Positions 13,369 through 29,310 of a stretch of 64,000 nt of DNA are shown here, one piece after another (the stretch's first letter is position 1; the number at the start of each line of letters is the position of its first letter). The notes beneath the pieces were generated by a model. That model did not search any database. It was given only the letters and a program-made list of their open reading frames with translations, and was not told the origin of the DNA. Source of the stretch: the human T2T-CHM13v2.0 reference genome, Homo sapiens. The DNA is taken from assembly GCF_009914755.1 (NCBI RefSeq), contig NC_060928.1. The stretch is one strand, 5' to 3'. Both the position numbers and the translations under genes were made by a program.

Positions 13369-13543
13369 TGTAAATCTAAATAACAGAGAGAAGCTCTCTA
13401 ATGGAAAAGTTGCTTATTTGGGAACTGGGCTTTGCGATGGGAATACACATAGAGTTTACACATGCTTATTCCCATTTCAATGCTCTATTTCCAAATAAAT
13501 ACCTTTTCCATTAAAGAGCCTCTCTCTGTTATTTAAGATGACA
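13369..13543. repeat. Inverted duplication (fold-back) of the LTR U5 end in place of the 5' LTR
   Basis: 82-bp ungapped arms 13369-13450 and 13462-13543, 64/82 identical, 11-nt loop; both arms homologous to 3245-3326. Confidence 0.9.
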
Positions 13544-13802
13544 AGATGGTAAAGTCAGCAGATAAGTTAAAATTTTGTGTATCTTCATGATTAAAGAAAA
13601 CGTCAGAAGAAAATGTGAGGTAGAGGCCTTCCCTTTTAAAGAGATGTACATTTTTTTTTTAGTGGAGATGATTTTATTCTTTTATTTAATTATTTATAAG
13701 TTTTTTCATTAAAAAATTATTGAACACCATCAAACTTAGGGTCAGATACAATGCTAGAATTGTGACTTCAAGGACTTGTAAAAGTTTCTTTCCTTTAGAA
13801 GC

Positions 13803-13925
13803 TTTCATTCACCAATTCATTCATTCAGCATATGCTATCTGAATGTCTATGTGCCGTATACTCTGCTAGTTTCTGAGGACATAGCAGTAAACAAAACCAG
13901 GCATGGCTAAGTCTCTGCTCTCATT
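13803..13925 (-). mobile_element. L2 3' tail
   Basis: ttcattcattcagcatat...gaatgtctatgtgcc...acatagcagtaaacaaaac. Confidence 0.7.
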
Positions 13926-14516
13926 CTTTTTGAGTTTTCATTTTAATTCTTCACAAAATTCTAATAAAATTTATTAGGTGCTCTGTGTCCTGAGGTTGGG
14001 GGAGCAGACTAAGTAGTTCCAGTAGAGTACCCTCTTCTAGCTATAGAATCAGGGAAAGAGGAACAAAAGGCATCAGAAACCTCTGCAGACTTAAATGTCC
14101 CTGTCTGACAGTTTTGAAGAGAGTAGTGGCTCTCCCAGCATGGAGTTTGAGATTTGAGAATGGACAGACTGCCTCCTCAAGTGGGTGCCTGACCTCCGAG
14201 TAGCCTAACTGGGAGGCACCCCCCAGTAGGGGCAGACTGACACCTCACATGGCCGGGTACCCCACTGAGACGAAGCTTCCAGAGGAATGATCAGGCAGCA
14301 ACATTTGCTTTTCAGAAATATTTGCTGTTCTGCAGCCTCTGCTGCTGATACCCAGGCAAACAGGGTCTGGAGTGGACCTCCAGCAAGCTCCACCAGACCT
14401 GCAGCTGAGGGTCCTGACTATTAGAAGGAAAACTAACAAACAGAAAGGACATCCACACCAAAACCGCATCTGTCGGTCACCATCATCAAAGACCAAAGGT
14501 AGACAAAACCACAAAG

Positions 14517-15531
14517 ATGGGTAAAAAACAGAGCAGAAAAGCTGAAAACTCTAAAAATCAGAGCACCTCTCCCCCTCCAAAGGAATGCATCTCCACGCCA
14601 GCAATGGAACAAAAGGTGGACAGAGAACGACTGACGAGTTGAGAGAAGAAGGCTTCAGATGATCAAACTTCTCCGAGTTAAAGGAGGAAGTAAGAACACA
14701 ATGCAAAGAAGTTAAAAACCTTGAAAGAAGATTAGATGAATGGCTAACTAGAATAACCAGTATAGAGAAGTCCTTAAATGACCTGATTGAGCTGAAAACC
14801 ATGGCACGAGAACTATGTGATGAAAGCACAAGCTTCTGTAGCTGATTTGATCAACTGGGAGAAAGGGTATCAGTGATTGAAGATCAAATGAATGAAATGA
14901 AGCGAGAACAGAAGTTTAGAGAAAAAAGAGTAAAAAGAAACGAACAAAGCCTCCAAGAAATATGGAACTATGTGAAAAGACCAAATCTACGTCTTCTTGG
15001 TGTACCTGAAAGTGATAGGGAGAATGCAACCAAGTTGGAAAACACTCTGCAGGATATTATCCAGGAGAACTTCCCCAACCTAGCAAGGCAGGCCAACATT
15101 CAAATTCAGGAAATACAGAGAACGCCACAAAGATACTCCTCGAGAAGAGCAACTCCAAGACACATAATTGTCAGATTCACCAAAGTTGAAATGAAGGAAA
15201 AAAATGTTAAGGGCAGCCAGAAAGGTCAGGTTACCCACAAAGGGAAACCCGTCGGACTAACAGTGGATCTCTCGGCAGAAACTCTACAAGCCAGAAGAGA
15301 GTGGGGGCCAATATTCAACATTCTCAAAGAAAATAATTTTCAACCCAGAATTTCATATCCAGCCAAACTAAGCTTCATAAGTGAAGGAGAAATAAAATCC
15401 GTTACAGACAAGCAAATGCTGAGAGATTTTGTGTGGTGACCAGGCCTGCCCTACAAGAGCCCTACAAGGAAGCACTAAACATGGAAAGGAACAACTGGCA
15501 CCAGCCACTGCAAAAACATGCCAAATTGTAA
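14517..15531 (+). pseudogene. L1 ORF1p, disrupted
   Basis: ATG MGKKQSRK start; REKRVKRNEQSLQEIWNYVKRPNLR and YPAKLSF motifs; premature stops and frameshifts. Confidence 0.95.
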
Positions 15532-15594
15532 AGACCATTGAGGCTAGGAAGAAACTGCGTCAACTAATGAACAAAATAACCAGCTAAAATCATA

Positions 15595-19411
<3,817 letters not shown>

Positions 19412-21599
19412 ACAATGAGAATACTTGGACACAGGAAGGGGAACATCACACACCGTGGCCTGTTGTGGGGGGGGGGAAGGGGGGAGGGAAAGCATTAGGA
19501 GATATACCTAATGTAAATGACAAGTTAATGGGTGCAGCACACCAACATGGCACACGTATACCTATGTAGCAAACCTGCACATTGTGCACATGTACCCTAG
19601 AACTTAAAGTATAAAAAAAAAAAAAATCAGGGAAAGAAAGAGAAGGGAGATTCTTTTATTTACCTCATGGGGGAGGAGTCACAGTTAATCTTTGCCTTGG
19701 AAATAAAGTTTGTGAAATAAACAGTTTAATCTAATATATATTTGCCATATCAGTGTATTGTGCTGAAACATGGATTAGGGTCAATGTAAAATAAATTTTG
19801 GGAAGTATGATTATAGATATAAAACTGATGAAAAGACTTAGAGAAACAGTAATAATTATTCTTCCTTGATTTTATTTACTATTCTTTTTATCAGTATATG
19901 GTTTTCAGGATACTTTGATTTTCACATGGAAATGACACGAAACAGAACAAGAGCCTGTGAGAGAATAGGAGAGTGTCATGGCTGTGGTTTTTGATATGCA
20001 GCCTTCTCTCCATCAGGCTATCTTGTCCTCTGACATTTGACATCCCTAAAAATCTGACCATGTGGTTAGCATTCAGGTTTCTTTGATCTTACACCTGCTA
20101 GGAGAGTCTAGAGATCTTTAAAAAATAAACATATGAATAGCTTTAAGTAGAGGCCATGCCAAAAAAGATGCATGAGAAAAATGAAGAAAAAAAATTACAC
20201 AGAACTGAGGCTGCTTTTACAGATTTTCCAGTTTGTTTTTCATAAGAAAAGCTAGAAAGTTTGGTGTGACATGGCTGAAATAAAAATTCATTATTTGGGA
20301 TATGAAGGAGAAAATTCTAAATAAGTGGAGAGGTCAGTGCAATCACTCTCCTCACTGTCCCACAGACATGTCACATACAGAACTGGTCTGTTGCACATGC
20401 TAATTATTTCTACCTGGAATATACTCTTCTCTTCAAGCCTGTAATCAATTGATGTGGTTCTCAAGTCTTCTCTTCTTCATGGCTTTTCCAACTCACAGTG
20501 ATCTCTGAATTCATTGTACACCTCACCCCTATTACCCTTTCCTGTTTAGCCATATGCTTCTTGTGGTTTTTTTGTTTGTTTGTTTTGACTATTGATTTGT
20601 TATTACTTAGCTCTTGCAGGTACACATAATCTCATTTTTTCCTTACTTCAATCATAAAGTTTTTGAGATCAGGGATATTCCCCTCACATATTTCTATATT
20701 ATTTAAATGAACTAGACAGAGAATCAATACCTGAAATACTTCATGACCTTAGATAACTCAGAAACTACTCTCTATGTTTGGAACAAGTGGCTGGAGCCAT
20801 AAGCAAACCTGCAGATCACATCTGAACCTCACATATCTTTTGTCCACTTTTTTTCTTTTATGAATAATTTCTGAATCTTCACAATAAATATGTAACTATT
20901 AAATACATGAACAAGTAAATTGTGTCCCATCTGGCAGTCTTGTTGTGGCTCCAAAGTTATAGAATATTTTAGATACTCGAGATGAGAAAAATCGTGGAAG
21001 AACATTTATTTGGTCAGAAGTCTTAAGAGGGATGTAAGGTGACATCTCCAACCCTGTGTATCAAATATATGAGATGCTGTAACCCAGACTTCACTCAATA
21101 TAACGTCTTGTCAGTCTCCCCACCTCCTTCAAGCCCCTCGCTCCTGGTTCATTCACATCTTTACCGAAAGGAGTACATTCACAACAATGCTTCCCCCCCC
21201 CCTCCGACTATGCTGCAAGGACATTTTACTCCAGCCTTACTCCTACCTAGCTTAGGGTGTTTTGTTCTTAAGCCTTAATATTACAGTTATTTGAAAATTT
21301 TAATAACAGCAACTAAGAATTTGGCTAGTTCAAAATTGAAGTAACACTAATACTGCCAAATTTACTGTGTCTTTCTTTGAAGTTTCAGAAGGCCCTTGAG
21401 CCTCTCGATCCATTTTAGAATAATCATTATGAACATACATTACACGTGCCTTAGGAAGAAAAGAAGTGCTCTGAGCTTTCTAATTATGTAGTCACTGTAT
21501 ACATTGGTATTTAATATTTTCGCTTACTGGGATAAGAAACATTTGGACTCCTACTATCAAACATAAAATGTTTGAAAAGATGATGGAAACATAAAAGTA

Positions 21600-21812
21600 A
21601 TTCTTAATGTATATTGAATACTCACATTTTCTAATTACATGTATTATCTCTGTTGTCAATTCTCATTAAAAACCTAGTGAATTTGTACTATTTTTATCAC
21701 CATTAAGCAGATAAGGATTGAGATATAGGAAAGAAGCAACTTCGTCAAAGTCACATTGCAAGTCAAAATTCAAACTCAGACTTTTTAATTCTGAAACTTA
21801 TACTCTGAATTA
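21600..21812 (-). mobile_element. MIR
   Basis: cagataaggattgagatatagg...aagtcaca...attcaaactcag. Confidence 0.6.
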
Positions 21813-21814
21813 TG

Positions 21815-22341
21815 GTAGCAGGAGTGATTTCATCTGGCTCACAGAACTGATGAATTATCAGGGATTTTGTGAGCCAGTTGATGTTACATTGGATGTTACA
21901 TTGTGAGCCAACTGATGTTACATTGGTTGCTTGAAATTGTCCATGGTGGGTGTGGTAGCCAGAATGATGGTCCCCATGAACAAAGTTATGCATGTTTGAA
22001 TCCCTGGAACTTGTGAAGACATTACTTTGCACGGCGGAAGGAACTTTGTAGATGTGACTAAGGTTAAGGACCTTAAGATGGGAAACCTGGATTACCCAGG
22101 TAGACTCAATATAATCACATGAATCCTTGGAAGTAAAGATCCTGTCCCACCTGTGGTCAGAGAAAACAATGTGAAAACAGAAGTAGGGTCAGAGAGATGC
22201 AGCATGAGAAGGAAATTGTTATGGCAGCAATAGAAAAGTAAGGAGTTTAGTGGGAGTATTTACTCCAAAGAGATCAGCAAACGTTATATATATTTTTTTT
22301 CCTGGAGAGACAGTTGGTAAACACTTACCAGTACATCACTG
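21815..22341. mobile_element. MER63-like hAT element interrupted by MLT1D
   Basis: ggttgcttgaaattgtccatggtggg / agtatttactcc...aaacacttaccagtacatcactg. Confidence 0.6.
21951..22249 (+). mobile_element. MLT1D-like MaLR LTR with an internal deletion
   Basis: tgtggtagccagaatgatgg...gttatggcagcaatagaaaa; 5-bp TSD gtggg. Confidence 0.8.
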
Positions 22342-22801
22342 TTCTTAACCATTATATTACGCCGTATCCTATTAAATAGATGAGAAAGTGCAAGCATGAA
22401 AAGGTTAATAACTTCTCCAAAGGACAAAATAGGGATTCAATTGTCTTTATAAAAGTACTTGTTGTAATTAATATATAAACATGTTTTTAATCTTTGCAAT
22501 AACAAGGAAGTTTAATCAATCTAGATATTTGGTTATCTGTAGATGCAGGCAGAAAGCAACAACAAAACCCCAAAACTACCATTCTCTCATAGAGCTTAAG
22601 TTCTAATGAAGCAAAACACAAAATTACCCCTAGGCACAGAGTGTTAATTTGGGGATGGAGGTGGACACTTTCATATAAATACATGTCATTTTGGAAAAGT
22701 TCTTAGCCAAATAAGAGAGTTTGAGGTCCCTTTTTTTAGCCTCCTGGCCTTTCATTGCTCTTCTTTCTTCACATGCTACCTCTCCCCTTCTTCCATTTCT
22801 T

Positions 22802-22837
22802 CCCTTTTATGTACCCTTTTATGTACCCTTTTATGTA
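22802..22837. repeat. Perfect tandem repeat (cccttttatgta)x3
   Basis: Read directly. Confidence 0.95.
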
Positions 22838-22859
22838 AACTGAGTCTCATCTAGAAAGG

Positions 22860-23304
22860 TATTGTTAAAGTTTCTGGCAAATAAGTAGAAGGTTCAAATA
22901 GAGTCTCTATTGAAGTCACTACTTTTAAAGAGTCATAGGCAGAGCTACAAAACAAACACAGGATATAGAGGGGCGGTGAGGCACTTAGAAATCGACAATA
23001 TTAAGTTCCTGTACTCTGAAGGAAGGGCCATATACAGGAACTACGTTCATGGAGAGTCACAGCTCTTGCAAGAGACACAGCACCAAAGCAATGAGGAAGT
23101 GAGGAAAAAAACACCACAACACAGGATCTCACTCCTTCTGCCTTTTGATCTCCTGCTAGTGCTTTTCACTAGCCATCTCAACTAGAAGCCAGCCAAGAAG
23201 GGAACCTGGGCGGTTCAGTCTGCTGTGGTCAACACCTGGGGCATAGAGAAGGTCAGAGGAAGGATCTGGATAGGAGGCAAATACAGTGGAGAGTTGTCAG
23301 CACA
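22860..23304 (-). mobile_element. Old ERVL LTR (LTR33-like)
   Basis: gaagccagccaagaagggaacc...ggatctggataggaggcaaat...cagcaca. Confidence 0.5.
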
Positions 23305-24957
23305 AAAATAGATTAAGCTGCAAATGGACACACTGCATTATTTGCATGTTAATAAAGGGATGTACCTGTTTGTGGTTTAAATATATAACCTTCTAATAGT
23401 GAAATTTAAGGTAATGTTAAAAAGTATTTTTGGATGCTGAAGACTTCCACCTGACCCTCAGACCACTACCAGTGTGTGACAAGTTACCAACCCTACCACA
23501 CGCTTCCTGTGTTACTAGAACATGCTGCTGCTTTCAGTCATTCACAAACTTCTAAGCCAGTTCCATTTGCTGATTTATCAAGTTAATGTATTTCAGGGGG
23601 AAAACTCTAGAGTTTAAGGAAATAATCAGATATAGATGAGGAAGCCCAGATATTGCAACTAGATTATCTTTTATTCTCTAATTTATTCATGTTTATTTGT
23701 GTAAAATGAAATCCCATGGGTTACAGAATGGATCTATGGAACCCTTTGGGGGAAAGGAAGTCTTTCAGCCCTGTGGACATTGTCCTTCCATGGGGAGCCT
23801 TGGGGAGGTTATCCACTGATATATTTGGAGCAAAGAAAAATGAGCTTTTGTATCATGTACACACTTAACCAGTAGATGTCATGCAAAGTCCTATGCATGT
23901 GTTTCTCTGCTTATTGTTCTCAGTGGAAGAACAGTGTATGAAATTCAGGGAAAAAATTCTCACAGGATTCTAACACCAAGAACTATCTCCTTTGTCTTTG
24001 AGAAGCAGCAAGTTTAGTAAAAATCATTTTATATTTTCATACAATTAGGAAAAGACAAGCCAAGTAATCAGATATTGCCAGGTTAGTATTTTAATCTTAA
24101 ACATAAAATCCTATAATTATTCTTCATTGGATTCTTGCACTGTACTGTTTAATAATAGTGCTGTTTTAAAATGTATGGAGGACAGGATACATTTTACAGT
24201 GCCTTCCACTGACATTGATTTTGTTCCTTTGATAAATGATCTGGATTTAAAAAAAAAAACTAAATTATAAAGATTTATGATTCAGTGCCCTAGACTGAGG
24301 AAATGCTGTTATTCACCACCAAATCTGCTTATTAAAGACAAAAAGAGTTGTTTCTCCACTTACACAAAAAGGATAGCTATACTCTAGTCTAACACTGCTC
24401 ATACCTTACTAGAATAGTTTTTCATTTCACGCTACATTGATATGAGAATTTTGTCATATGAATTCCCACTTTGTTCTTTCTGTATAAACAAAAATCCCTG
24501 CAGATCTACTAACTCCGTTTTCATCTTTATTGTCAGCTATATCGTTTACACTCTTATCCACCATCCCATACGTTTTACTGATTTGCTATTATATTTCTTT
24601 TCTAAGTGTCTAACAATTTGTTAGACATCACTGGGCTAAGTGCTGTGTTTTATGGTACCCTATTGGCGATCTCCTAACTATTTAGAAAAAATACATTATT
24701 ATAATCTAATATATGGGATTCTCTTTTAATTCAAGCTAATGCAAAACACACCATTTACACCCAGTGGATGAATAAACCAATTATGCAAAAACAAATCAAC
24801 CAAGCTAAGCAGGCAGTGGTTGTTAATGGCAAATGCTTAGGATGTTCAGTGCTAATTTTTTCCTTACATGTAGCCAGAACCTCAGAGTTACAGACCGTAA
24901 GACACTTCACTGCCCTTTGTTCAGTTTCCTCACCACAAAAACGAGAGGTTTGTTTTA

Positions 24958-25097
24958 GGTCAGGAGTTTTCAAATGAAGATGAACTTCAAAATCCACTGG
25001 ACACCTTAAAAACACAGATTTTCAGTGCTCACTTGAGACTTATGGGACCATATTTTCTCCCTATGAGTAGAGCCAGAGATCGCGTGATTCTGATGCT
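24958..25097. mobile_element. MER5-like fragment
   Basis: caggagttttcaaa...aaaaacacagatt...gtgattctgatgc. Confidence 0.5.
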
Positions 25098-25109
25098 GTT
25101 TTCGGCTTG

Positions 25110-26095
25110 CTGGTGGTTGGGACTCTGCAAATTGTTTCTCCGTTGTCAGATGATTTCGTAAGTTTTTCCGATAGAATTCACTAGAGGAAGACTGGAGTGC
25201 AGAAGGAAGAAAGGATTTCTTCCTTCCTATTCTGTTTCTGACAGCATCACTCTAGAAATGATCCTTCCGCCCTGGAAGAAATAGATGATCCTAGTTTTCA
25301 GGCACTTTCTGAACCAGTCACATTCTGACTCCTTGGAGTCCCTGACTCAGAATCCTCACTCCCCATTCGATCCCCTGAGCATCAGTACACACAGGTAGTG
25401 GGTCTGTATCAGTCTGCTCTGGCTGCCATAATAAAATACTACAGGCTGGGTCTGTGGTATTTTTTTCTCACAGTTCTTGAGGCAGAAATTCCAAGATCAA
25501 AGTTTCTCCGGAGGACTCTCTATTTGGCTTGCAGACAGCTGCCTTCTGGCTGTGTGTCTTTACAGGGCTTTCCTCTGTGTGCACGCATCCCTGGTGCCTC
25601 TTCCTCTTCTTATAAGGACATCAGCCATATTGCATTAGGGCCCCCAACTCTTATAATCATATTTAGCCTTAACTGCCTCTTTAAAGATCCTACCTCCACA
25701 CACAGTCACATTGAGGATTAAGGCTGCAATATATAGATTTGGGGTGGGAGGAGAGACACCATTCAGTTTTTTTTCCTCTGAGGTATGAGTCCAAATCTCA
25801 CGGAACTCCTCCTTTGATTTCCCAAGCTCCCAATGCCAGATGGCCAGCCCACTATCAGATATCTGAGTCACAACTCCGTGGACACTCCTCTGAGTGACAA
25901 GGCTCTGATAACCTAAAACCGTCCCCTTTGTTTGTCTCAGTTGGAGCAGTGGTAGCTGCTGCCTGCATTTACTATGTCATGTTAGCCTTAATGTTGCCGT
26001 CGGCTGTTCCTGTCCTTCAGTACCTGCTTAACCAATTCCACTTCCAATCTTCTCCACTGAAATACCTAATATAGTTTCTGTGTCCTGGCTGATAG
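25110..26095 (+). mobile_element. Old ERVL LTR (LTR33-group) interrupted by MLT1A
   Basis: ggttgggactctgcaaat...cactagaggaagactgg...tgaaatacctaatatagtttctgtgtcctggctg. Confidence 0.45.
25405..25768 (-). mobile_element. MLT1A/B MaLR LTR
   Basis: tgtatcagtctgctctggctgccataataaaatac...ctcacagttct...cttcttataaggaca...gacaccattcag. Confidence 0.8.
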
Positions 26096-26109
26096 CCTGT
26101 TGGGCATTA

Positions 26110-27075
26110 GTGAACTAGCCTTGTGAATGTCTAGATGAAGAATTGTCCAGGAAATGGGAAGAACGAGTACAGAGCACTATTTGAGAAACAGCTAGGGGGG
26201 CAATGTGGTTGATGCAAAGTGAATGAGAAGCAAGTATTTGAAAATAATGTCAAAAAGGTAGCAGGGCCCGATAAATTACAGAGAAAGATTTGTCTTTCAT
26301 TTCAACTGCAAAGAGAAGTCATTAAACAGTTTCAAGAGAAATGTGATAAGTTTTCTCACAGTTCTGGAGTCTGGAAGAGATGATAGGTTTATTTTTTTTA
26401 AGTAGCACTAGTGGCTGCTATATGTAGAATACATTTAGGGAAATAAAAGTTAAAATGAAGATACCAATTAGGAGCCAATTGCCCTCATCCAAGCCAGATA
26501 TGATAGTTTTCTGAGGTATTAGCAGTGCAAATAATATTAAGTAGTTCTATCATATCTTGATGTTGGAATCAACCAGGCTTGCCAATAAATTGGATCTAGG
26601 ATGAAAGAAGAGGAAATGAGTCAAAATGACCTCAAGGTTTTGTTGTATAATTGGACTAATGAAGCTGCTGCTAAAAGAGTGAGGCTGTTTCTTTGGCGGG
26701 GCAAGGTGGTGAGAAATGAACACCAGGAGCTATGTTTTCAACATAGTAACCGCAGATAGCTCTTAGACATCTGTGGTGTCACCAGATAGCTGTATATGTG
26801 GATCTGAAATTTAGTGTAGATGTACAAGATGAAGATATACATTTGAGAGACTTTTTAATATAGATGGTATTTAAAGCCACAAGACTAGAGAAAATCATCT
26901 AGGAAGTATAGGTAGAATAGAGATGAAGCCCAGTATATGCCAACCAGCAGCGATTGAGATGAAGAGCCATGGAGGGACTGAGAATCATCCAGAAAAACAG
27001 GAGCCACACTAGGAGAATGTAGCATCCTGGAAGCCAATGAGGAAAGTATTTCCAGGGGGTATTATAATAAGCAGT
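26110..27075 (-). mobile_element. L2 body fragment
   Basis: Extended L2-like motifs such as tagatggtatttaaagcca and gtagcatcctggaagccaatgagg. Confidence 0.75.
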
Positions 27076-27079
27076 AACA

Positions 27080-27358
27080 ATTTCTAATGGCTCAATATAC
27101 ACAAACTTTGTTTCATGCTCAAAATTATTTAAAATGTTGTATAAAATTACCTTCAGTCTATGTGTAAATATATATATATATACATATAAAGATATATAGA
27201 TGACTATATAAAACATAAATGAATTTTTATGTTCGGACTTGGGTTTCATTTCCAAGATCTCTCATTATGTATATATAAATATTTTAAAATCCCAAAAAAT
27301 CAAAACTCAAAAACACTTGTGGTCCCAAGCATTTCAGATAAGGGATACTCAAGCTGTA
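27080..27358. mobile_element. Tigger4/MER46-like DNA transposon fragment
   Basis: Ends ggtcccaagcatttcagataagggatactcaagctg followed by TA. Confidence 0.8.
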
Positions 27359-27639
27359 CTTTTAATGTACACGCTCCAATAATCTAAGCCCCCGTACTGG
27401 ATAATTGCTGGAAGTCTAGTTCTCTTCCCAAGGATTTCTGTGATCCCTCCTGGCAAGTCCTAGAAATCCATCCTGTTTTCCACATTACCTGTTTTCTGCC
27501 CTTACAGGTTATCTCCAGCCGTCTCATGACCACATCTTATTCCTGAGCATCCCAAAGCATGGCCATAAGTTCCTAAACACAGCTATTGCAATGTTCTCGA
27601 GATTAAGATTTTACTTACCTTTGGGGACAATAATATGGT

Positions 27640-27915
27640 TGGTAAAATAACAATCACCTATTCAGTACTTGCTATGAACTCCACACTGCTTTAACAATAT
27701 CATTTCTACTATGTATACTTATGTATTCTTTTAATTATCCTACCAATCCTAGGATATAGGTATTATTTTTCTCCATTTTACAGGAGAAAACATCATTTTA
27801 TAGATAAGACTCTAAAGCACTGAGAGGGCATATAAATTTCCCAAGGACATAGTTCTAATATGCGATTAACTCAGGATTTAAGCCCACACAGTCTGGCTGT
27901 ATAGTGTATTCTCTC
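27640..27915 (-). mobile_element. MIR
   Basis: aggtattatttttctccattttacagg...ccaaggaca...caggatttaagccca. Confidence 0.65.
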
Positions 27916-28959
27916 AAAGGGAAGGGAATTACAATGTAAAAATGAAAACGTTAAAACTGGCTATCTCATAACTTTCTCTATTTTGGGATATTCTCTTTGA
28001 TTCAAGTTCTCTGGACATTGGACATGTCTTCTAAGCTGCTGGCTTATTTCCATATTATTAAAAATAACTATATTCCAATAGTATAATAAAAATTATATAC
28101 ATATTACTGGAATATAATCAAATTCTCTTTTTGGGGACAAATTCATCCTTTCTCAGCTTTTTATTCACTCTGCCTACCTGACTCAGCCAGAGGAAACTTA
28201 TATATCCTAACAACATAATTATATCTGCAAAGACTAAGTCAACGCAAAGTAAATACAGCCTTTTACATGATTAAATGATTAAACAGAATTCTCAAAAGCT
28301 TGGTCTGAAGCACATTCATTTTCATTTCTACACTGCCTTATATCCGCATGGCTAATAGGGTCACCCAAACATCCCCAGTAGGTACAAAGGGAGAATGTTG
28401 GCATTTACCCTGAAGTTTAGAAATGGCTGTAGCCTTTAAAATGGCACATTTTGGTCCCCACTTTATATGCAGGACACTGCAAAGATTACATGAAACAACA
28501 ATGGCATTTGCTACTCCTAGGAGCTGAGAAGAAAAAAAGAGAGACAGCATGACATATGACTTCAAATGTTAGAAAGTAGTTCTGGGAAATAACAGCATTT
28601 TGTTCACCAAAAATACCCTACAGTGCCTGAGGCCAGAAGTAAAAATCAAAAGGGATCACCACCAGCCTTTAAAAAAGCATTCATGTGAAGAATTTTATGT
28701 GGAAAAATGCTGCTGAGCAATGGTGATGTTAGAAAAGACTGATTATCATGGCTACACTCAGAATGTACAGACTCATGGTATACTGGAAACGCAACGGCAA
28801 ATCTTTCTTCTTTAAACATTTTGAAAGCAGCACATGCTTATGTGGTGTTGAGATAGACAAACAAACCAATCATGATATATCTCCTTATTAATACTGTATA
28901 CTTCAGTATATGACACCAACAAATGCAAGAATAGCAATACAAACAGCTGCTATTAGTTA

Positions 28960-29310
28960 CTCAATTAATTAATTTATCTGAGAGGCTGGTAAGCAGTGCC
29001 AGGAGCTGATGATCTAGTGATAGCAAAATAGATAAAATCTCTGCCTTCCTGGAACTATTTATGGAGTACTTACGTGTTTCAGGCATTATGTACAGCTGAG
29101 TTTTCATAGGCAGTTATTACTGTTATTCTTCATGACAAAATTTTGAAGCAGATTCTCTTCTGGCAAGGATTATACAAGCATAGAATGAGAAGAGTGAGGC
29201 TTAGAGGGAGTGAATCACTGATCAGGGTCCAGTGACTAGTAAGTGAGGGAGCTGAGCCTCAGACCCAGGCTTGTCTGACATCTGACTCAGAAGTTTAATG
29301 GCCTAATGCT
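28960..29310 (-). mobile_element. L2 tail followed by MIR
   Basis: atctctgccttcctggaact; gtgaggcttagagggagtgaatcact...agacccagg. Confidence 0.6.

Noticed and set aside
19466-19490. G-quadruplex-like G-run
   Set aside because: Standard L1 3' UTR polypurine tract
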